The position numbers were made by a program, and so were the translations under genes. DNA of 64,000 nt from an uncultured Bacteroidota bacterium (GTDB taxonomy: Bacteria; Bacteroidota; Bacteroidia; Chitinophagales; LD1), in NCBI GenBank assembly GCA_903861145.1, contig CAIOTH010000089.1, positions 4,792-68,791 on the forward strand, in the 5' to 3' direction. Below, piece by piece: positions 57,835 to 64,000 of this stretch. Below the pieces are notes generated by a model. The model ran no database searches and had not been told where the DNA came from. It saw nothing but the letters and a program-made list of their open reading frames with translations. Every line of letters starts with the position of its first letter. Position 1 is the first letter of the stretch.

Positions 57835-58359
57835 CTATAATCCCAATCCCTCTTTAATACTTTTTATTGCCTCTAAAATGGCCTCGTAATAGTTGCCCTT
57901 TCTGAAAGCAGGTGCCATCTTTTCATCAACAATTCTATGGCAAACGGCAGGCGGTAAAATGTTGTCAAGTGCAGACCCTGTAACTATCGTTACCTTTCTT
58001 ATTTTCTGGCCATAGGCAATAATAATCGCCTTATTTTCACCCTTATCTGCCACGCCCCATTTATCACCTAGGCGGGTTACATAACTGCTAAATTCCTTTT
58101 CATCGCCATACATCTTCTCTGTAACAGTTACAATTGCTATTTCAATACCTTTTAACGAATCGCGCAGCATGGTTTGTGCCAATAACTCTTTCACTGTATA
58201 ATCAAGATTTTTCACTTGCTCATCGGTAAAATCGCTTTCATAATCATTCACAAAACCAATAGGCGAAGGAAATGTACTTGTTCGCTGTGCATTGGCTATA
58301 GCAACCGAAAACAAAAGCGAAAGCGTTATGATAAAAAATTTCACTGGCATCAAAAGCAA
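57835..58359 (-). CDS. TPM (TLP18.3/Psb32/MOLO-1) domain protein
   Basis: A signal peptide is followed by 'VNDYESDFTDEQ' and 'IAIVTV', a typical TPM-domain start. Its start lies 2 nt after the leuS stop. Confidence 0.75.
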   Translation of the reverse strand: MLLMPVKFFIITLSLLFSVAIANAQRTSTFPSPIGFVNDYESDFTDEQVKNLDYTVKELLAQTMLRDSLKGIEIAIVTVTEKMYGDEKEFSSYVTRLGDKWGVADKGENKAIIIAYGQKIRKVTIVTGSALDNILPPAVCHRIVDEKMAPAFRKGNYYEAILEAIKSIKEGLGL

Positions 58360-58360
58360 T

Positions 58361-61189
58361 TTAAACTACAACATTGATAATTTTCCCTTTCACAAAAATG
58401 AACTTTTTAGGCGCAGCTCCATTAGTCCATTTCTGAACATTTTCCAGGGCAAGCACCTGCACCTTCACTTCCTCCTCTGTTAAATCCAAAGGCAACTGAA
58501 TTTGTGCCCGCACCTTGCCATTAATCGAAACACCATAGTTATGCGCGGTTTCCACCAAATACTTTTCATCGGCTAACGGGAATGAGGCGAAGTTAATACT
58601 GGTATCACGCCCTAATGCCTGCCATAGCTCTTCACTAATAAATGGAGCAAATGGCGCCAACGTTATTAGCAACGGCTCCAAAATCTTCTTCTTACTACAA
58701 TTCAACGCAGCCAATTCATTTACGCAAATCATAAACGAAGATACACAGGTATTAAACGCCAGGCGCTCAATGTCCTCGGTCACCTTCTTAATTGTTTTAT
58801 GCAGAGCCTTATATTCTGCTTGTGTAGGTTCTTCATCCGTTATTTTCCAATCACCTGCATCACTGTAAAACAACCTCCAAAACTTACGCAAAAAATTATA
58901 AACGCCGCTAATGCCCTTATCATCCCATGGCTTGCTCTGCTCAATAGGCCCCAAAAACATTTCGAACATCCTAAAACAATCTGCACCTACTTTATCAATA
59001 ACATCATCCGGGTTAACAACATTGTGGTAACGCTTCGACATTTTCTCTACGGCCGAACCGCAATGATATTTGCCATCTTTGCTCAACACAAATTCAGCAC
59101 TTTCATACTCAGGTCTCCATTTTCTAAACTTCTCTACATTTAAAATGTCATCCTCAACAAAGCGGACATCAACATGGATTGCAGTCAATGCTCCCAGGTC
59201 TTTCAAATCATCAGCAAGCTCGTCATTCATTCTATCCACCGACACAAACACATTCGGTTTGTTGGCACTTCTATATACAAACTTCGATACCCCCTGTATC
59301 ATTCCCTGGTTCACTAACTTCTTAAAAGGCTCATCCGTTTCAACATACCCTAGGTCAAACAAAAACTTATGCCATAACCGCGAGTATAAAAGATGCCCAA
59401 CCGCATGCTCAGTGCCGCCAATATACAAATCAACATTCTGCCAGTAATTCAACTTATCCTTTGCAGCAAATTCATCGGGGTTATTGGCATCCATGTAACG
59501 TAAAAAATACCAGCTGCTGGCAGCATATCCGGGCATGGTGTCGGTTTCGTAACCATTCTTAACCCATGCCGCATTACTTGCTAAAGGCGCCTTACCATCA
59601 CCGGTCGGTTTGTACGATGTAACTTCCGGTAGTATTAGCGGCAGCAACTTTTCATCTAATGGTATTGGTATATCATTACTCTCACCCTCTCCCACAAAAT
59701 TGCCATCCGGTTCACCAACAATCTCGTATCTAATTGGGAATGGTTCACCCCAATAGCGCTGCCGGCTAAAACCCGCATCGCGCTGCTTGTAGTTAACCTT
59801 GCGCTGCCCAATTCCCTTTTGTTCTATCCAATCCAAAATCACCTTTATCGCATCCTTAACCTCCTGTCCATTCAAAAAGTCCGAATTAATCATTTGGCCC
59901 ATCTTATCCTCAATGGTAGCACCGGGATGCATACTTTTGTCAATAATCTCTACGATAGGCAAACCAAATTTCTCTGCAAATTTCTTATCACGCTCATCAT
60001 CAGCAGGCACAGCCATAATAGCGCCGGTGCCATAACCAGCCAAAACGTACTCAGCTATCCAAACAGGAACTTCTTTTCCGTTAACAGGGTTAACAGCATA
60101 ACTTCCGGTAAAGGCGCCGGTTACTTTTTTCTCTTGCTGGCGCTCAACATCCGTGCGGCTTTTTACATAAGCAATGTAAGTTTCAATTTCTTTTCGTTGC
60201 CCGTCGGTAATTAAAGATTCAATTAAATCATGCTCCGGCGCTACTACTAAAAAAGTAGCTCCAAAAATGGTATCAGGTCTGGTCGTAAAAACTTTAATCT
60301 TCCCTCCTGCTGCAGTTTCAAAATCAACAAGGGCGCCTTCGCTCCTGCCTATCCAGTTGCGTTGCATTTCTTTCATGCTTTCGCTCCAGTCTATGCGCTC
60401 CAGGCCTTCCAGCAAGCGGTCGCTGTATTCTGTAATGCGCAAAAACCATTGGCGCATTTTTTTCCGCTCAACCGGGTGGCCGCCACGTTCGCTCTTACCA
60501 TCCTTTATTTCATCATTGGCTAATACAGTCCCCAGTGCAGCACACCAATTTACCTCGGCATACGACAAATACGCCAACCGGTAATTCATCAATATGTTTT
60601 CCTTTTGCTCGTGCGTAAATGCCTTCCATTGCTCTGCCGAAAATGTTTCGTGCTCGTTTTTATCATGCTGGGCCCATTCCCGGCAGCCTTTTGTTTCAAA
60701 AAACGTAACAAGGGTCGATATAGATTCCGCCCTGTTTAGCTCTCTGTTATACCAACTTCCAAATAGTTTTAAAAATATCCATTGCGTCCATTTATAATAC
60801 GAAGGGTCGCAGGTCTTTACTGCTCGGCTCCAATCATAGTTAAACCCAATTTTATCATACTGTTCTCGGTAACGGGTTATCGCCTTTTCAGTAGTAAGAG
60901 CCGGGTGCGTACCCGTTTCAATAGCATACTGTTCGGCAGGCAACCCAAAGGCATCAAACCCCATGGGGTGCAAAACATTAAACCCCTTTAAGCGCTTGTA
61001 ACGCGCAAAAATATCACTCGCCACATACCCTAGCGGGTGCCCCACATGCAAACCCGCACCACTAGGATATGGAAACATATCCAGCACATAATATTTCGGT
61101 TTGTTATGATCTTCTGTAACCTTGTAAATATCCTTTTCGGCCCAAAATTTCTTCCATTTCTCCTCTATTTCACCAAACTTGTATTCCAT
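58361..61189 (-). CDS. leuS: leucine--tRNA ligase
   Basis: The HIGH motif 'GLHVGHPLGY' and the KMSKS motif 'VEKMSKRYHN' are present. The 942-aa length with a CP1 editing insertion fits LeuRS. Confidence 0.97.
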   Translation of the reverse strand: MEYKFGEIEEKWKKFWAEKDIYKVTEDHNKPKYYVLDMFPYPSGAGLHVGHPLGYVASDIFARYKRLKGFNVLHPMGFDAFGLPAEQYAIETGTHPALTTEKAITRYREQYDKIGFNYDWSRAVKTCDPSYYKWTQWIFLKLFGSWYNRELNRAESISTLVTFFETKGCREWAQHDKNEHETFSAEQWKAFTHEQKENILMNYRLAYLSYAEVNWCAALGTVLANDEIKDGKSERGGHPVERKKMRQWFLRITEYSDRLLEGLERIDWSESMKEMQRNWIGRSEGALVDFETAAGGKIKVFTTRPDTIFGATFLVVAPEHDLIESLITDGQRKEIETYIAYVKSRTDVERQQEKKVTGAFTGSYAVNPVNGKEVPVWIAEYVLAGYGTGAIMAVPADDERDKKFAEKFGLPIVEIIDKSMHPGATIEDKMGQMINSDFLNGQEVKDAIKVILDWIEQKGIGQRKVNYKQRDAGFSRQRYWGEPFPIRYEIVGEPDGNFVGEGESNDIPIPLDEKLLPLILPEVTSYKPTGDGKAPLASNAAWVKNGYETDTMPGYAASSWYFLRYMDANNPDEFAAKDKLNYWQNVDLYIGGTEHAVGHLLYSRLWHKFLFDLGYVETDEPFKKLVNQGMIQGVSKFVYRSANKPNVFVSVDRMNDELADDLKDLGALTAIHVDVRFVEDDILNVEKFRKWRPEYESAEFVLSKDGKYHCGSAVEKMSKRYHNVVNPDDVIDKVGADCFRMFEMFLGPIEQSKPWDDKGISGVYNFLRKFWRLFYSDAGDWKITDEEPTQAEYKALHKTIKKVTEDIERLAFNTCVSSFMICVNELAALNCSKKKILEPLLITLAPFAPFISEELWQALGRDTSINFASFPLADEKYLVETAHNYGVSINGKVRAQIQLPLDLTEEEVKVQVLALENVQKWTNGAAPKKFIFVKGKIINVVV

Positions 61190-61374
61190 CTCTTACTTCA
61201 GTATTAATTGGTTCAAACCTACATAATTTAATAATTTGGAAAACAAACAATTTGCGTTTTTGCTTTTCCTCAGGTTATGGTAGTTTCTTTCCTTCGCATC
61301 TTTATCATCGGGATTGCTTAAAAATTTATCACTACGGTCGTTACTTCAATCAACTCCGTCTCATTAAAAATAAA

Positions 61375-61416
61375 TTTGTAAACTTTTGTAAACTTTTGTA
61401 AACTTTTTTGTAAATC
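61375..61416 (+). repeat. tandem direct repeat TTTTGTAAAC x3 (exact 10-bp period) plus a 4th degenerate unit TTTTTTGTAAATC
   Basis: The blocks 61381-61390 and 61391-61400 are identical (aacttttgta), and the flanking units match. Confidence 0.85.
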
Positions 61417-61986
61417 ATAATATATAAGTCTATTATTTTCAATTACATAGAATCGTAAAAATGCTCCCAAAATGGCCTATTTCAAAAGTGTAAACCTTTT
61501 ATAAATAATTGAATTTCTATTACTTATAACAGTATTTTGGACCATTTACCCGTTTTTCGACTCGAAATTTAAGCATTTTATCCTCTTTTTAAGCCATAAC
61601 GTTTACTTCATATCATGGTCGTCATGTAACTAACATCCCACAATCCGGCAAATGGCAAATTTATAATTTTGCCATTTCGTATTATGTTACGAATATAAGC
61701 TCCTTTAAATTGCTAAAAAAGGGGTGGGCATAAGTAATCAAGAACAAAATGGGTGGCCTCACCATTTTGCCGGCTAACGTGGCTATTTAGCGCTTAAGAC
61801 AATAACAGGAAGGTATTCCGTCTGCCGCCTTTAACACAACTTTAACCTCATTTACCCCATCCTTCGCTCCTTATCACGTATCAATCTACTAGTGCCAGTC
61901 GTTAATTATCAAAACCTTTGGGTTTCGGCTGCGTTAGTATTTTACTATTTTCGCACGGCTTTTAATTGATTAACCAAAAAGTTAGA

Positions 61987-63750
61987 ATGAAGGATATCAT
62001 AAAGTTTTTCCTTATTGCAGTGTTTGTTGCAGGTTGTTTTAGCTATACATCGGCACAGGTAAATCAGGATACCCGTAAAAAACCTGACCCGGCCGATAAG
62101 TTTACTGAACTAATGAGCCTGGTGCGCAATTACTACACCGATACGGTAAACGAAGAGAAAATAACCGAGGACGTCATTCAAAAGGCTTTAGAGGACCTCG
62201 ACCCACATTCTTCATACGTCCCCGCAAAAGACGTAAAAGTTTCAGAAGAGAAGCTCGTAGGCAATTTCGATGGCATCGGCATTAGTTTTCAGATATTAAA
62301 AGACACGATAGTTGTGTTAGAGGTAATCCCAAGTGGACCGTCGGAAAAAGTGGGCTTGCTGGCTGGTGACAAAATCATTAAGGTAAACGACACCATTGTA
62401 GCCGGCATTAAAATTGGCAACGATGGGGTTATTAAAAAGCTTCGCGGCCCTAAAGACACCAAGGTGAACGTTAGCATTATGCGTGCTTATGAGCATGGTT
62501 TAATTGATTTTACGATAACCCGTGGCAAAATTCCAATTTTCAGCGTTACAGCCTCGTATATGGCCGCACCGGGTGTAGGTTATGTTAAGATTGAAAGATT
62601 TGCCGCCAATACCATGCAGGAGTTCATTACTGCAGTGCAAAAGCTTCGCGATGTGGGCATGCATGATATTATTATTGACTTACAAGGCAACGGTGGTGGT
62701 TACCTTTACACCGTTATCGACCTTTGCAACCAGTTTTTGGGCGAAAACGAACTAATAGTCTATACCCAGGGAGTTCACTCGCCATATTATCCTTATTATT
62801 CCAATAACCGCGGAACGTTTAAAGATGGTAAAGTTGTAGTAATGATAGATGAAGGTTCAGCATCGGCATCCGAAATCCTTTCAGGGTGTCTTCAGGATAA
62901 TGACCGCGCTCTACTGGTCGGTAGAAGAACTTTCGGTAAAGGTTTGGTTCAAAAACCATTTACTCTTTCCGATGGCTCCGAGGTTAAACTTACCACAGCG
63001 CATTACTATACCCCAAGCAAAAGATGTATCCAAAAGCCTTATGGTGCCGGTAATAAAGAATATCGTGAAGATTACAAGGAAAGGTTTGAATCCGGGGAAT
63101 TGTTCGGAACAGATACCTTTAAATACACCGACACTGTAAAATACTACACCAAAAACCGCCGCGTTGAGCATGGCGGAGGCGGTATTATGCCCGATTACTT
63201 TGTTCCTTATGATACTAGTGAAAATTCCACCCTCTTTAATCAACTCGTTCGTAGAGGCGTTGAAAACAAGTTTTGCCTCGATTATGTCGAAACAAACCGC
63301 AAGGAATTAATGACAAATTACCCTACTGCAGATGCCTTCTTCTATAATTACGCAGTTGACAAAAATGTCTTGACTCAGTATTGGGCGGCCGCCGTAGCTG
63401 ATAGTGTAATAAAACTTTTGCCCGGTAGTAATCCTAAAATGTTTGAAGACTACTTTACCACGGTAAAAAATGATTCTGCAGCCGACTTTGCAAAAGATTT
63501 TACCAAATCCGAAAAGCTGATTAAGGCAAGATTAAAAGCCACAATTGGCCGCAATCTTTTTGACGTTGGTATGTTTTACAGGGTTGCTAATGCCACAATC
63601 AATAACGTTTATGCCGAAGCGCTTAAGGTAATAACCAGCCCTGAAAGGTTTAACGTACTACTGCCACATAACAACGATATGGAAGATGGTAAGAACAAAG
63701 GTGGCAAAGGTGAAAAACTGAAGAAGAAAGTAAAAATTATATCTGAGTAA
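61987..63750 (+). CDS. S41 family C-terminal processing peptidase
   Basis: I chose the start at ATG 61987 (MKDIIKFFLIAVFVAG signal). It has the PDZ block 'GLLAGDKIIKVND', the catalytic Ser in 'GSASASEILSG' and the Lys in 'RTFGKGLVQ'. Confidence 0.9.
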   Translation: MKDIIKFFLIAVFVAGCFSYTSAQVNQDTRKKPDPADKFTELMSLVRNYYTDTVNEEKITEDVIQKALEDLDPHSSYVPAKDVKVSEEKLVGNFDGIGISFQILKDTIVVLEVIPSGPSEKVGLLAGDKIIKVNDTIVAGIKIGNDGVIKKLRGPKDTKVNVSIMRAYEHGLIDFTITRGKIPIFSVTASYMAAPGVGYVKIERFAANTMQEFITAVQKLRDVGMHDIIIDLQGNGGGYLYTVIDLCNQFLGENELIVYTQGVHSPYYPYYSNNRGTFKDGKVVVMIDEGSASASEILSGCLQDNDRALLVGRRTFGKGLVQKPFTLSDGSEVKLTTAHYYTPSKRCIQKPYGAGNKEYREDYKERFESGELFGTDTFKYTDTVKYYTKNRRVEHGGGGIMPDYFVPYDTSENSTLFNQLVRRGVENKFCLDYVETNRKELMTNYPTADAFFYNYAVDKNVLTQYWAAAVADSVIKLLPGSNPKMFEDYFTTVKNDSAADFAKDFTKSEKLIKARLKATIGRNLFDVGMFYRVANATINNVYAEALKVITSPERFNVLLPHNNDMEDGKNKGGKGEKLKKKVKIISE

Positions 63751-63763
63751 ATAGAACGGGGTT

Positions 63764-64000
63764 ATGGCAAAAATCGGCTTGTTTTACGGTACCGATACCG
63801 GGAACACTGAAAGGGTTTCGAAAAGAATAAAGGAATTAATTGAAGCAAAGATTGGCACCGCAGAGGTTGACTTGCTTGAAATTTATAAAAAGAAGAAAGA
63901 TGATATGGCTAAGTATAACCTGCTTATACTTGGCATGCCCACTTGGTACGATGGCGAATTACAAGGCGATTGGGAAGAGTTCATTACCGAAATGCAGCAA
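63764..64000 (+). CDS. flavodoxin (N-terminal 79 codons; truncated by the window end)
   Basis: My own translation from ATG 63764 reads MAKIGLFYGTDTGNTERVSKRIKELIE...LLILGMPTWYDGELQGDWEEF. It contains the FMN-phosphate loop 'GTDTGNTE' and the long-chain flavodoxin block 'PTWYDGELQ'. Confidence 0.9.
   Translation, partial: MAKIGLFYGTDTGNTERVSKRIKELIEAKIGTAEVDLLEIYKKKKDDMAKYNLLILGMPTWYDGELQGDWEEFITEMQQ

Overview
This is a gene-dense, AT-rich 64-kb chromosomal segment with about 55 credible CDS on both strands. It looks like core genome of a Bacteroidota bacterium, possibly Sphingobacteriia-like. The taxonomic call is inference from four observations: T9SS type A and type B C-terminal sorting domains, TAnnTTTG -7 boxes close to start codons, a class II HMG-CoA reductase/mevalonate operon, and DUF1573 plus ExbB-ExbD-TonB genes. 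Genes recognised with high confidence are pyrG, nadC, clpS, aroB-aroA, a four-gene mevalonate operon, HMG-CoA lyase, rnr, a multi-PAS histidine kinase, pbpC, a DEAD-box helicase, ruvX, def, leuS, an S41 protease and a flavodoxin cut by the right edge. I saw no rRNA, tRNA, CRISPR array, transposase, integrase or phage genes. I found no obvious defence or toxin system, so most of the window is ordinary. The items most worth a second look are these. (1) A T9SS-secreted protein (13803..15602, minus) carries the His/His/His...HxH...Met ligand pattern of PHM/DBH-type copper monooxygenases. It is fused to an N-terminal cytochrome-c-like module with CX4CH instead of CXXCH, and sits next to a second T9SS cargo gene. 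(2) Two roughly 0.8-kb ORF-free regions 50 kb apart (10484..11255 and 61190..61986) share direct repeats of T-tract plus TGTAWAC in exact 10-bp phase. Each repeat block is followed a few hundred bp downstream by hairpins not assigned to any gene, so these may be paralogous sRNA or regulatory loci. (3) A 1362-aa type-B T9SS adhesin contains an 0.8-kb GC-rich (GGY)n tract encoding collagen-like and poly-Gly sequence. (4) Smaller points are an ACAD-SCP2 fusion, a neutral ceramidase homolog without a signal peptide, and a pair of small secreted paralogs. All functional calls come from reading motifs in the supplied translations. No database search was run.
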